Assembly: GCF_009914755.1 (NCBI RefSeq) | Contig: NC_060936.1 | Strand: one strand, 5' to 3' | From: the human T2T-CHM13v2.0 reference genome, Homo sapiens | DNA: 64,000 nucleotides | Part shown: piece by piece, positions 14,240-28,156 of the stretch | Layout of the letters: each line of letters opens with the position of its first letter | Numbering within the stretch: the stretch's first letter is position 1 | Translations under genes and position numbers: made by a program | Notes under the pieces: generated by a model | What the model was told of the DNA's origin: nothing | The model's input: the letters and a program-made list of their open reading frames with translations, nothing else | The model's database searches: none

Positions 14240-15340
14240 CCTCTAATGAGTTTTCAGTTCAGCAAATCTAGTTACCAGTCCCCAGATTTCTGTTTGATTT
14301 TTCAAAATTATTTCAATCTCTGTTAAAATTCTCTGATAAATCAATAAATTGCTTTCCTATGCTATCTTGCAGATATCTGATTTCCTTAAAATTGTTATTT
14401 TGAATTCTTGATCAGAGAGCTAACCAACTGTCATGTCATTGGGGTCAGTAACTAGTTTGGTACCTTTGTCCTTTTGGGAAGGCCATGGCTCTTTGCTTGC
14501 TGTTGTTTCCTGTGGGTATACTTCTATGTCTTTCCATAGAAGGGTTATTAATTAATTCCAGTTTTTCAGGTCTGGGTTGTGTTTGTTGTTATTGAGTCTA
14601 TTTGCTTGGCAAATCCTCACTGCTGGGCTGTTGCCTCCCTTTTGACTCTAGGTGGTGTCTCAACCTCACTTTTACCTTGTCTTTAGTAAACGGTTGGAGT
14701 ATTAACTGTCCGAAATGGGAAATGTCCCAAAGGAATTACCCTGGAAGTATGAGAAACTTGGCTAGGGGTTATGGTCTGGTGACCTAAGGAATGTACCTCC
14801 TAAAGCATGGTGCTATTGAACATCTACCCTGATTTGGCTTCTCCTTTGGCCAAGTTATGAACAGTGTCCAGAACTGGAGATGATCTTCCCTCCTCCCTAT
14901 TTTGTCTCTTGCTCTCTTCAGGAATATTCCTCCCTGAGGACAGAGAATATTCATCTTCCCTAAGGGAGTCATAATGCATCTCATGGGCTAAGGAAGAACA
15001 AGTTTCTTGCCAGGGAATCCAAGGTGGTAAATAATCTGTTTGAGAACATCAATTTCACTTTATTCACTCTAAAATCCATGAATTGGGGGAGATTCTCTGC
15101 ATGTGTGGTGCCAGGAAGAATAGGAAGGAGGGACATCATGGAGGTGGAAGTCCCATCTCCTACTGTCTTCTTGATGATTTTCCACTTCTCTTTGGCCCTG
15201 AGAACCATCTCATTTTCATACTTGAGCTATGTATTTTTCCTGACATAGATCTCAAAGCTCTATATTTGTTTTTGGTATTCTGTTTGTTGGGGTAGTAAGT
15301 CAGCTTGCCTCTACAGCAACACTTTGGAACTAGTGGGTAG
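14240..15340 (-). mobile_element. L1 fragments, antisense
   Basis: T-rich reverse-complement L1 ORF1/5' UTR-like sequence. Confidence 0.55.
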
Positions 15341-16666
15341 CTATTTTGTTGAGACAACCATATGCTATCTCTGAAACCACACTGACCCTTCAGAAAATTC
15401 CTCCCTCTTCCTGACCTGCAAGAATAATAATCACTGCCGACACTTTGGAGCTGGTCTGGGTTCATCCCATTCCATCCAGCACTGCTGGCACCCAAGTACT
15501 TCTCTGATGGGTCTGAGGACAAACCTACACAGCCTGTGCCAAGACCATTGCCAGTACGTACCTGCATGTGACACCTTGGATTCTTAGGACTGGCCTACAT
15601 AGGCCATTGCCATCACCATTACCACCAGCACATTCAACCTGGAAGCCTGAGGGTTGTCTTGCTACTGCTATTGCTATCACCCATGCCAGGCACATTGCAC
15701 AAAGTCTCAAGAACCACTCACTCACCAGGCCCACCACTGCAACTTCCAGCACCACAGGAAACTCCCTGGAGGTACAATAATTTACCCAACTGAAACTGTG
15801 GATATTGGTGTCAATGTTTGTTGTCTGGAGGCTCAAAGACCGGCATGCTCATTCCACTGCTGCCACTAACATGTGTTGCAGACTGGCCCATCTAGTACCC
15901 CTGTTCCCATCAAAACCTCACAAAAACTTTTACTAACAACCTCAGTCTTAGCAACTGAGGAAATCACAGACCACTGATCCCGACTAGAGACAAAGAAACC
16001 ATACAGATATTATGCTAGTGTATACACCCAGAATCAAAGCTAAAGTGCTGTATGCAACCAACACTACAGATATATCTATAGAAAAAATAGTGTTCCCCTA
16101 TGAAAGCCAATCAAGAAGAGGCTGTTACTCCAGACGTGCATATACTAATATAGGGACTCAATAAACATGAAGATGCTAGAAAACATGACACCCCTACAGG
16201 ACCACAATTATTCTTCAGCAGGAGATTGCAACAAAAATAAAATCTATGAACTTCTAAAAAATTCATAAATATGATATCATAGAAGCTTAGTTAAATATAA
16301 TAGAGCAAAGATAATCAATACAAAAATCTGAAAAAAATCAGAATATGAATAAGAAATTCACCAGATACCTAGATGTCATGAGAAAGACCAAACAGATATC
16401 TTGGTAGTAAAGAATTCAATGAATAAAGTAAAAAAAAAAAATATTTTCAAAAGCTTCAACGATAGACTAGGTAAGGCAGAAGAAAAAAATTCACCACTTG
16501 AGGACTAGATTTCTGAAATAAACCAGATAGAAAATATAATAAATCATCTAAATAAAGCCAGTATTCAATATAACATACCATGTAGTTACCAAAGGTTTGA
16601 TTCTGAGTATTCCAGAATACTCAAGAAGAAGAGATGGGCAGAGGCATGACAAAAATTTTAAACTAA

Positions 16667-16729
16667 GCACATGTACCCTAAAACTTAAAGTATAATAATA
16701 ATAAAATAAAATAAAAAAAGAAAAAAAAA
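16667..16729 (+). mobile_element. Extremely 5'-truncated young L1PA 3' end with poly(A)
   Basis: gcacatgtaccctaaaacttaaagtataataataataaaataaa… matches the terminal nucleotides of young L1PA elements. Confidence 0.8.
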
Positions 16730-18434
16730 TAATAGCTGAAAATTTGTCAAGTCAAGTCTAGCAAGAGATTTAGACATTCAAATAGAGGACCTCAATGATA
16801 CTCAAATTGACACAACCCCAGAAGTCCTTCTCCAAGGCATACAGTGGTCAAACTGTCAAAAGCCAAAAGTCGTTAATTCTAAAAACAGTAAGATAAAAGC
16901 ATCGAGTCATGATAATGGAACCCTCATCAGATTAACAGTGATTTTCACTGTATAAACTGTGAAAGAGAGATAAAATCATATATTTAAAGTGTTCAAAGAA
17001 AAAAAATCTGCCAGCCAAGAGCACTATCTTCAGCACAGGCGAACTTCAAAATGAAGTAACAATAAAGTTTTTCCCTGAAAAGCAAAAACAGAGAATTCAT
17101 CACCACAATGACTGCCCCACAAGATATGCTTAAGGGAATTCTGCTCCTGAAAGCAAAAGTACAATATCTACCGTCATGAAAACACAAAAAATTTAAAATA
17201 CTCCCTAGTACAGCAGACAAATGAAGACTTGAAATGATTTAAATTTTACTATTATAGAAAAATACTAAACCACAATAATAAAAAGTGAGAGAAAAAGAAA
17301 CAAAGTATATGTAAAACAAACAAAAACAAATAACAAAATGAAGTAATTTCTCACATATGAATAATAATCTTGATTGAAAATTGATTAAATTCTCCACTTG
17401 AAAGACATAGACTGGCTGAGTGAATTTTTAAAAAATATCCTAACTATATGCTGCTTACAAGAAACTGACTTCACCTAATAAGACACATATAGACTGAAAA
17501 TGAAGGGATAGAAGAAAATATCCCATGTAAACAGAAACAAAAACAAGTCGAAATAGGTATATTAACATCAGATAAAATAGACTCTATGTCAAAAACAGTA
17601 ATGAGAGAAAAAGAAGGTTATTATTTAAGAATAGAAAGATCAATTTAGCATGAGGATATAACAAAACTAAATATATTCCCCCAACACTAGAGTATACCTA
17701 GATACATAAAGCTATCATTATGACATCTAAAAGGATAAATAGATTCCAATACAATAGTAGTGTAAACTTTAACACCTGACTCTCAGCATTAAACAGATTA
17801 TTTAGACAGAAAATCTACAAAGAAATATTGGACTTAAGAATAAGGGGACCCAATATACATTATAGACATTTTTATTTAACAGTGGCAAAAGATACCATTT
17901 TTCTTATTAGCCTGTGGAAGATTTTCTAATATAGACCGTATGTTAGGCCACAAAACAAGTCTCAGTACATTTTGAAAAAGCAGTATACTTTATTTTCATA
18001 TACCACAATGGATAAAACTAAAAATCAATATTAAGAGGAACTTTGGGAATTGTAAGAATACATGGAAATTAAACAACATGCTCCTGAGCAACCACTGGTT
18101 CAATGAAGAAATTTAGAAGAAAATTAAAATGTTTTTGAAATATGACAATGTAAACACAACATACAGCACAAATAGTGCTAAGAGGGGAGATGCTCTGAAT
18201 AAATTCTTTCATCCAAAAGTAGAGAGATTTCAATTAAACAACCCAGTGATCCACCTGAGGGAACTAGAAAACTAAAAACAAACTGAACCCCAAATTAGTG
18301 AAAGGAAAAATATAGTAAAAATAAGAGCAGAACCAAACAACTAGAAACTAAAAAAAAAAACAAACCCAAACTCAATGTAATGAAAAGTTGGTTTATTGAA
18401 ACAATAAATAAAATTCCTAAGTGTCTAGCTAGGC

Positions 18435-18445
18435 TATACTATATA

Positions 18446-18504
<59 letters not shown>

Positions 18505-18580
18505 GTATATATATATATGCTATACTATATATATAGTATAGATATTGTGTATCTATACATATATAAAAATATATATATAG
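18435..18580. repeat. Compound (TG)n(TA)n(CA)n microsatellite
   Basis: Direct inspection. Confidence 0.95.
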
Positions 18581-20119
18581 ACAGAAAAAACTGAATGAAA
18601 CAAAATCAGAAACTAAAAAGAAGATATTACAACTTATATCATAGAAATACAACTGTATATTTTGGACAATAATACACTAATGAAACCGTATGTTTTGAAC
18701 AAGTATACACTATAATTGAACACCATGGAAAAAGATTAATTCCCTGACATATACAACTCACACAAAATGAGCCAGGAAAGAAGGATAAACCTGAACAGAC
18801 TAATAATGAGTAAAGAAATAGAATCAGTAATAAAAACGAAATCTCCCAACAAAGCAAAGTCCAGGCCTAGATAGTTTCACTGATGAATTCTACCAAACTT
18901 ATAAGGAAAAAGGAAAAGCATTCCTCATCAAACAATTCCAACAAATTCAGAGAAGAGAATACTTCCTAACTAATTTTACAATGCCAGGAATACCCCAATG
19001 CTAAAAACATACACGAACACAACAACAATAACTATAACAAAAATTAGAGGTCAGTATTTCTGATGAACACAGACACAAAAATCCTCAAGAAAATGTTAGC
19101 AAACCAAATCTAAGAACACATCAGAAAGATAATTAGCAATAATCAAGTGGTATTTATCCCAGGGATGCAAGAATGGTTCAGCATACATGAATCGATAAAT
19201 GTGGTACATCACATTAACAGAATAAAGACAAAACCAAATAAGCATATGAATAGATGTAGGAAAAAGCATTTGATAAAAGTTAGCATCCATTTATGATAAA
19301 AGTTCCCAACGAACTACACAAAGAAGGAATATACCTCTATATAATGTAACCACATGTGACGAACTCACACCTAACATACAGAATGGGGAAAACTGAAAGC
19401 CATTTCTCTAAAAACTGAAATAAGACACCACTCAGTCAACATTTTACTTTATGTCATGTCCTAGCGAGAAGAATCAGGCAAGCAAAAAAAATAAAAGCCA
19501 TCCAAATTGGAAAAGAGGAAGTTAAATTGTTCCTGTTTGCAGACGACATAGTCTTATATTAGGAAAAACACACTGGGGCCTTTCAGAGGGTAGAGGGTGG
19601 AAGGAGAAAGAGGATCAAGAAAAATAACTAATGGTACTAGGCTTGATACCTGGGTGATGAAATAATCTGTACGACAAACCCCCATGACACAAGTTTACCT
19701 ATGTGACAAACATACAGTTGTACGTCTGAACTTAGAATAAAAGTTAAAAAAATTGTTAACATAAAAAAAGAAAAATCTAAACTCCACCAAAAAAATTTAG
19801 GACTATTCAATAACATTGCAGGATAAAATATCAATATGCAAAAATTAGTAGCATTTCTATATACTAGCAATAACCCAGCAGGAATGAAAAATCAGCTATG
19901 AAATTCCCTTTACAAAGCTATAAAAAATTAATTACTCAGTAATACATTTAAGCAAGCAGACTGATGTTTACCAGCTATATGACTGAAAATGTCAGGCAAT
20001 CATATTGAGCTTTTGTTTTTTCATCTGAAGAGTAAACATAATGCAAGGAATTATTAAAGGGCTACCATAGGAATAAAAGAGCTAATGGTATAAAACATTA
20101 TTAGTATTATTAGTATTGC

Positions 20120-23100
20120 ATAGTATCTATGCAATAGTGTAAGTCAGAAACTGAAATGGCAGAAATCTACTTTTAATAACCATTTACATTTAATGTAATT
20201 ATTGGTATTTTTGAGCCATTTTTGTTTTTCATATTTATACTACTTTTGATTGTTTTTCTTTTTCCTGATCTATGGATTCCTTGAAAATGTTTTTTGATTC
20301 CATTTTAGTTGATCTGTAAATTTTTTGCGTGACTCTCTGTACAGCATTGTTAGTGGTTGCTCTGTGTTACATTATGCATACATAGCTTTTCACAGCCTAG
20401 TGCTGTGCACATTTTACCCTATTCAGTAAAATATGGAAACCTTGCTTTCCTGTCTTTTTAACTGCTCCCCCTTTCCCACTGTTTGTAACAGAATCATATT
20501 AAATATATGTCTATGTGCATTTAGTGCCACAGTAAATTTTGTCATTTTTGCTTTGACATAAATTTATTGTCTTCCAGGTTTGCAGCTCAGAAATCTGAAC
20601 TGGGTCTCACTGCGTTAAATCCATGTCTCAAGGCTGAGTTCCTTCCTGGAGTCTCTAGAAGAAAAGCTCATTATCTTGCCACATTCCTTGGCCCTCTTCC
20701 ATCTTTAAAGCTAGCAATGGCCAGTTGAGCCATTTGAAACTCATGCAGAAAACGTGAGAAGAAAGATATTTTGTGTTTACCTACTTTGTATTTCCAATTT
20801 TTGTTTTTGGCTTGTTGTCATTGTTGTTGTTGTTGCTCATTCTTGTTGTTGTTGCTCATTCTTGATGTTCCAGAAAAATCCTATTCTATTTTTTCCTTTA
20901 TGATTAGTGACCTTCATAGAACCATTTTATAAGATAGGTCTGTTGGAAAGAAATTCTCTTAGATTTTTTTTTCTGTCTTCTAAGAATGCCTGTATTTTCT
21001 CTTTATTGATGAGTAGTTATATTGGACATAAACATCTGGTTGACATTTTTTTTCTTTCAGCACTTTGAATATTTTAGCTACATCCTATTGGTTATTCTGC
21101 TCTCTGGTAATAACACCACTGTTACTCACATTGTGTTTTCCCTATAGCTATGGTGTCATTTGTTTCTTGCTGCTTTCAAAACATTTCTTTTAGTTTTTAG
21201 AAATTTGACTACAGTGTTGCTTGCATGGATTTTCTTGGGTATATTCTGGTTGGCAGTTGCTCATCTTCTTGCATCTGTAGGTTTATGCCCATTGCAAGTT
21301 TGGAGAATTTTCAGCCATTATGTCTTTGAGTTCTCTCTCAATAGCATCCTCATTGTTCTTCCCTTCTGAAGCTCAGATTTTATCATTATCACATTATTTG
21401 TTATAACCTTTCTTGTTCATAACAGTATTTAAAATTTTACCCTGTGTTCGAGTATACAGTTTCTATTAATCCAGCCTCAAGAATACTGACTCTTTCCTCC
21501 ATCATTTCCTTTCTGTTAGTGATCACACCAAATAATATTTTATTTAATTTTTTACACTACATATCTCAGTATCAAAATTTCTATGTCATTATATTATATA
21601 GTTTCTTTTTTCTGCTGGGAATTTTTTTTCCATTTAAATTGAGAGTGTACACATTGACCTCATAATGGATGTTTGTAACACCTGCTTCAGTGAGATTGAA
21701 AATCTCACCGTTTTAATATCCAGATTGTTTCAAGGTTATCATCTCTTGATTATTTAACTCCTTGAGAATTGGTCGATTGTTTCTGATTTTATAAAGTATG
21801 TTGAGTAATTTTCTATTTTATCCCACACACAGGACTTTCTCTGTTTACAGTACACAATAAGTTCAATGAAGGAAGTTTTGGACATTGGAGGGTAGAGGCC
21901 TTCTTGCTTAATTGAGATCCACTCACTGGTTCAGATAGCAGGGGATTTTGTCCCACTAACATTTTTCTACTTGGAGCTTCTGCCTGGATGATCCTTTATG
22001 GCTCTTACGAGATAAAACTATAAGTATATTTAACATCATAGCATACATAGTGTGCACTGAAGGGGTCCCAAAAAATTCCTATTCACAAAGTCTTTTTTAG
22101 TTTTCTTTTGTGCATCATTTGCTCAAATCTCAATTGAATTTGAGGACTTCATTTTCCTTTCTTCCCTACAGTAACAACACAGTTTAACACCTGCTTAATT
22201 AGAGTCTATTACAGTACCCGGGTAGGCCTGCTGTCTTCTGACTGGGGATTTATAGAAAGTGGATAATACGGCTGAGGTAAAATCAACGACTACAGGCCTG
22301 GCGAAATGGCTCATGCCTGTAATCCAACTACTTTCAAGGGCAGAAGTGGGAGAATTCCTTGACACAAGGAATTTGAGATATGCTTGGGCAACATAGTAAG
22401 ACCCAGTCTTTATAAAAAAATTACAAAAGGATCCTGGCTCGGTGGTTTGCACCTGTAGACTCAGCTATTTGGGAGGGTGAGCTGGGAGTATAGATTGAGC
22501 CTGGGAGAGCAAGGCTACTGTGAGCCATGATTACGCCACTGCACTCCAGCCTAAGAGAGAGAGCAAGTCAAAGTCTGAAAAAACAACAATGAAAACCACC
22601 CAAAAAACAAAAAAGACTAGGGCCACCAAAAAGGCTTTCTTTTTCACTTGACTTCTTGCTCCAGGGTTTACCTTTTTAAAGTGCACCTCCCAGTGTCTAG
22701 GGAGTCTACAGACTTGGAGTCTCTTCCTTTCTTGCCTCGGTATCACAAGTGGCTCCATCCTATATCCTTCAGCACTCCTTCCCCATTTCCCACAGAGCCA
22801 AGTAGAATAGTGATTTGAACACATATAAGCAATTTTAATCCCTACCCTCCTTGATGCTTTACAAAATTTTGGGATGGATCTGTTAAGCTTTTGTCTCATT
22901 TGAGTCAGGGATATCTCAGGCCCAGCTCAAATCCTTAAAGGAACTGAGATCAGAGTAGAGGAATAGAAGTGATAAGGGAGATATGTATAAAGTGTCTTCA
23001 TGCAAGTAAACAAGACACATTTAATTTCAAATTCAAGCAGTGCAGACATTGCTCAAAACCAATTGAATAAACATTTGAATTTTAGGTCTCCCCAAAGGTC

Positions 23101-23295
23101 TACAACAGTGATGGAGTATCTTTAATTCTTCTACCTCTTGTTCTCTATGGAAAAAAGCAAATGTAAAGGTGTCATTTGGTAAGTTTGTTTCAATTCTACC
23201 ATCAGATACTCAGTTTTCAACCATTTCCCTATCCTACTCATTAATGAACAGCATAAGGGAAATTTTCATACATTTTGGTCAACATACCAGCTATT
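20120..23295 (+). repeat. Diverged duplicated block, copy A (antisense old L1, MLT1 piece, old Alu, unique DNA)
   Basis: Colinear with 35545-38550, including shared repeat junctions. Confidence 0.85.
22295..22612 (+). mobile_element. Old Alu (AluJ-like)
   Basis: Diverged dimeric Alu with A-rich tail. Confidence 0.85.
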
Positions 23296-23349
23296 GGTGT
23301 GTCCTTTTTACATTAACTGAAGAATAATAAATAGTCTTTACAGATGTTA

Positions 23350-24388
23350 CGAGATTACAAAACAAAAAGCATCCAAAGGATCTAAATTAGGGTGTAATGT
23401 GGATGCCTAATGGTTTTCTATCAGAACTCTCACCAATTGCCCTGTCTGATGAGAGAAATGAGCAGGAGCTCTGTCGTGGTGAAGGACTCTGCTGAAGCTC
23501 CCCCAGGCATTTCTCTACTAGAGTTCTGGCTTTCTCAAAATATTCTCAGAATAAGCATATATTGTCCTTCTCTGGCCCTTCAGAAAGTCAATAAGCAAAA
23601 TGCCTTGAGCTTCCCAATAAACTCTTACAATTACCTTTGCACTTTCCTCATCCACTCTTCTTTGACTGGACCACTTCCACCTCTTGGTAGCCATTGCTTT
23701 GATTGTGCTTTGTTTCATGATTGTACTGATAAAGCCATGTTATATCTGCTGTCACAATTCTTTGATGAAATGCTTCAGGATCTTTATCCCCTTATTTAAA
23801 TTTTCAGGGAAGCTTCTTCTCTTGTCTGTAGCTGCTCTGGTTGCCATAGTTTTGGCATCCACAGAGTGAAAAATTTGCTCAACATTAATTTTTCAGTTAG
23901 AATCATGTAAGATGAACCAATTAAAAAACATGAAGGGTTGGCTATTGTTTGTACTCTTAATCTTCATTCCTCTTCTATCATGGTATCAACAAGATACATT
24001 TGATATGAATACTCTGTCACCGTAGACTTGAGGTTCAGCACCATTTCATCCCTTCTTGAAATAACATATCTACTTGTGAACTGCTGATTTCTTCAGCCAT
24101 TATCCACATGAACTTTTCAGAAAGCATCAGTGGTTTTACCTTCTTTCATGCAAGCTTAACCATAAATTTTCTCTTTGTTTTCACTTTAATTTTAGAAAAA
24201 TGTATTTTGCTCTTATAGGGGATGTTTTGAAACTCCTGTCTTATTTTTCATTATTCCTTGAAATAGCTCCTATTCAGACATCTTACAGCATATCAGTTTA
24301 GGTTCATTTTGATGCCAAAAAATGTGGAATCCTTTTATGGTATTTCTTAATATAACATACATTTTCATGAACTTTTTAAAGACCTACT
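23350..24388 (-). mobile_element. Hsmar2-like mariner DNA transposon remnant
   Basis: Peptide RVYWEAQGILLIDFLKGQRRTIYAYSENILRK resembles the mariner transposase VFWDxxGILLVDFL motif; TIR-like cattttcatgaactttttaaagacc at ~24360-24385. Confidence 0.85.
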
Positions 24389-25749
24389 ACATTACAGGAA
24401 GGCCTTTCAATAATATAAGAATTGCTACAGGTAACATTGAATTTTCTAGTTGATTAGGCAGATTAACTTTCTGTTTTTCTGCTGACATAAATAGTGATGT
24501 GGGTTGAGAAGGAATATAATACCAGTGGTCAAATATTCTGCAGCTATGTGGAAAGTCAAACAGTTGCAACTAAGTGTCACATGCTTTAAGGGAGTCATAG
24601 AGTAGCTGCTTGGGCCTAGCAGGTACCCTGATGTTAACAGGATGATTGTCTCTGGTTTCACCAAACATTACTTCAAAAGAGTTACTGGACATGAGCAGTT
24701 TTGCCTAGGTAGCTTACAGTAGACCTTCAAGTAGGTAAGGAAGGTCAGAGAGAATGAGCAGAGGTGAATGCCAGTCAGATGTGCCTCTTTGAGTGGGTAG
24801 CTGAGGAAGTTCCAGTCCTGGTGGGAGGCAGGCTTCTCCTTGTCTCCTGAGTCCAGGAAGAGAACAGGTGATGCTTCCATATATCACTCAACTCACACCC
24901 TATTCCTGACCCTCTCTAATGTCAGAAATGAGTGAGAGAGATTTGTGTTTCAGGCAAGAATAAATATTGGGTATCAACCTACCAGACAACCAAAACAGAG
25001 ATTACCAAAGAGCTGAAGGAGACACTGTGACTGACTTAGAATGGAGTCAAAGCCAGGAGCAGGACTGCAGCAGGCGCTTAGGCATCTGTACAGGAGTCAA
25101 GGACCTCAGCAATCCACCTGTCATTTAAAATGAATGTAAACATACCGTGTACCAAGTAGAATCTTGATTTCCACCTTCTATAACCTGTTCTCTTTAATAT
25201 CAACAATCATTAATTTCAGACCAAGAAACCAGAATATATTGAGAAACACATCAATGAAACAATACATTTCCCAGAACTAAAGGTTAATTCTCCATATCGA
25301 AAGGGCCCAATGATTATCCAAAAGCCCAAATTTAACATTTTCAGGGCTCAGTGCAAGAAGACAATTAGTGGCTAACATACTCCAACTCTTAATAATCACA
25401 CATTATAAAGCAAGCTAGACTCTAGGTTTAGATCACATTTCCATGTAAGTCCTTCAGCCTGTTGCTTGGAGATTGCTCATATAAGCTGGCATAGAGACTA
25501 AAGGTGTCTGTGTTTCCCTGTAACAATCCTGACCCCGCAATCTGAGAGGTGGGAGGAGGGGGGCACAGGGCTGTCTGCTAGAGAAGCACACTAGACGTTG
25601 GGCTGGAGCCCAGGACTGATCTGCCCAAGCTTCGAGAGCCCCTGCCAGGCATGTTATGCTCCCCTATGCCTCACTTCTGAGTTTGGACTAGTGGCAATGT
25701 CTACACAGCTCCCAATGATAACCCTACTGAGCATAGGACTGGCAGAGAA

Positions 25750-26672
25750 TAATAACCAGAATATACAAACAAACAACTCAAAAACAACAAAATAGTCCAT
25801 TAAAAAGTGAACAAGAGATAGAAATGGACATCTTTTCAAATAAGACATACAAATAATCAACAGTATGTGAAAAATACTCTATATCACTAATCATCAGAGA
25901 AATAAAAATCAAAACCACACTATCACCTTACCCTATTCAGAATGGCTATGATTAAAACAAACAAACAAACAAAACAGATGTTGGGATGGATGTGGAGAAA
26001 GGAGAGCTCTTATACACCCTGATTGGAAAGTAAATAGTATAAACTCTATGGAAAACAGTATGATTTCTCAAAGAACTAAAACTCGATTACTATTCAATCT
26101 AGCAATCTTACTACTGTATCTATGCAGAGGAAATGAAATCAGTATATGAAAAATAAATCTGCACTTCTATGTTTATTGAAACACCATACACAACAGCAAA
26201 GATATGGCATCAACCTAAGTAACCATCAATGGATACTAATGGGTTTGTAGGTAAAGAAATCGTGATATATACACAATGCAATACTACTCTGCAAAAAAAA
26301 AAAAAAAAAAAAAAAGAAGGAACGAAATCACTCCTTTTGTAGCAATACGAATGGAACTGGATGTGACAGATAATATGCTATGTGACAAAGGCCAGATACA
26401 GAAAGTCAAGTATAACATGTTGTCACTAATAAGTAGGTGCTAAAATGTGTTTACATAGATATAGAGGGGAGAACTATAGACACTGAAGCCTTGGAAGAGT
26501 GAGTGGGTGGGAGGGAATTAAGAGTTAGACATTAATTAGTAAATGCAATGTTTGTTATTCTTGTTATGGAAACCCTAAGGCCATGATTTAACCATTATGC
26601 AATGTATACATGTAACAAAATTATCTTTGAACCACATATATTTATAAAAATAAAGTTTAAAAATAAATTGAG
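25750..26672 (+). mobile_element. L1 3' end (L1MA/L1PB-type)
   Basis: ORF2 C-terminus plus 3' UTR ending in an A-rich tail. Confidence 0.8.
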
Positions 26673-26675
26673 GGT

Positions 26676-27198
<523 letters not shown>

Positions 27199-28061
27199 CT
27201 AAAAAAAATATGAATACTCAGTGTGTTCCTATTTTGTTTGAAAGCCTAGAAAAAAACAATATCAGAGACTATTCTACTTAGATTTTTTGGACAAAGAAAT
27301 CTTAAGATTTTTAACTCGGGAACATTTAATTCCTCACAATTTCATGTCTGCTGTTCTTTCCTAAAATCATTATTGTGAAGCAGACATGACTATATCCACT
27401 AGTGTTTCATGTATGTGATCTGCTTAGTCTTCATCCTTTAGGGGAGCCATTTTGATTATTCAAAAATTTAGAAGAGGAAACTTAGGCTCTGAGACTTAAG
27501 TAGCTTCCTATGAGTCCAGAGTTAGCAAGACATAGTTCTTAAACTGCAATCTGAGAGATTCCAAATTCTTTGCCCATTCAAGTCAGGCTGCCTCTGATGA
27601 AATCCATTTAGGTTTTCTTAAGAATAGTAAGACTCATAGGCAGGGACAGAACTGATCAGTGATAAAATATGGGAAAATAGGTCTAGTGGCTTCTGGGGAA
27701 TAGAGGCATAGAACCATACTCATTTCCCTAGAAAACAAAATCGGTTACTTTTGAACTTGTTAAAATTTCTCTCAGCTTCTGGGATTTTCTTTCATTGGTA
27801 TTGTTTTGCTTACATTCATAAGCTGACTAGAATATCAAGAAATGACCTGAAAATAATTGTACAACTTAAATTCGAGCTATAGAAGACAGAGAAGGAAAGA
27901 AACAGTGGAACTCCTTCCCCAGGTGGATGACTTAATAAGGATAAGGAGGAGAGAAGCTTGCTGGAAACATCAAGGAGAAGGGGTCCTGGATATTCTTACA
28001 ATGTGAACATGGGTCTCAGATTCTAGAGTCCCAAACACTCAGAAAGAGACACCACCAGCAG

Positions 28062-28156
28062 AAATTGCAAGCTGATTGTTTTATTGGTATACTGAAGTTA
28101 GAGCATGATGCCATGTTTCACGGCATTTGAAACACTGTTATCTTCTTATTCACTTC
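28062..28156 (-). other. PRH1: PRH1 exon 4 (non-coding 3' UTR)
   Basis: Acceptor ttttcag|GAAGTGAATAAG at 28156; AATAAA near the end; 3' end estimated ~18 nt past the signal. Confidence 0.8.
28080..28085 (-). terminator. PRH1: PRH1 polyadenylation signal AATAAA
   Basis: + strand tttatt at 28080-28085 in the last exon, followed (minus strand) by a GT-rich downstream tract. Confidence 0.8.

Larger units (their letters stand above)
15350..19950 (+). mobile_element. Old L1 (5' UTR, ORF1, ORF2) with younger L1 3'-end inserts
   Basis: Colinear ORF1, EN and RT remnants (e.g. gtttgcagacgacatagtc = FADD); L1PA 3' ends at ~16667-16729 and ~19569-19752. Confidence 0.85.

Noticed and set aside
23518-23718. 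Transposase-like ORF as a domesticated gene
   Set aside because: Only 66 aa, surrounded by stops and frameshifts; a mariner fossil.
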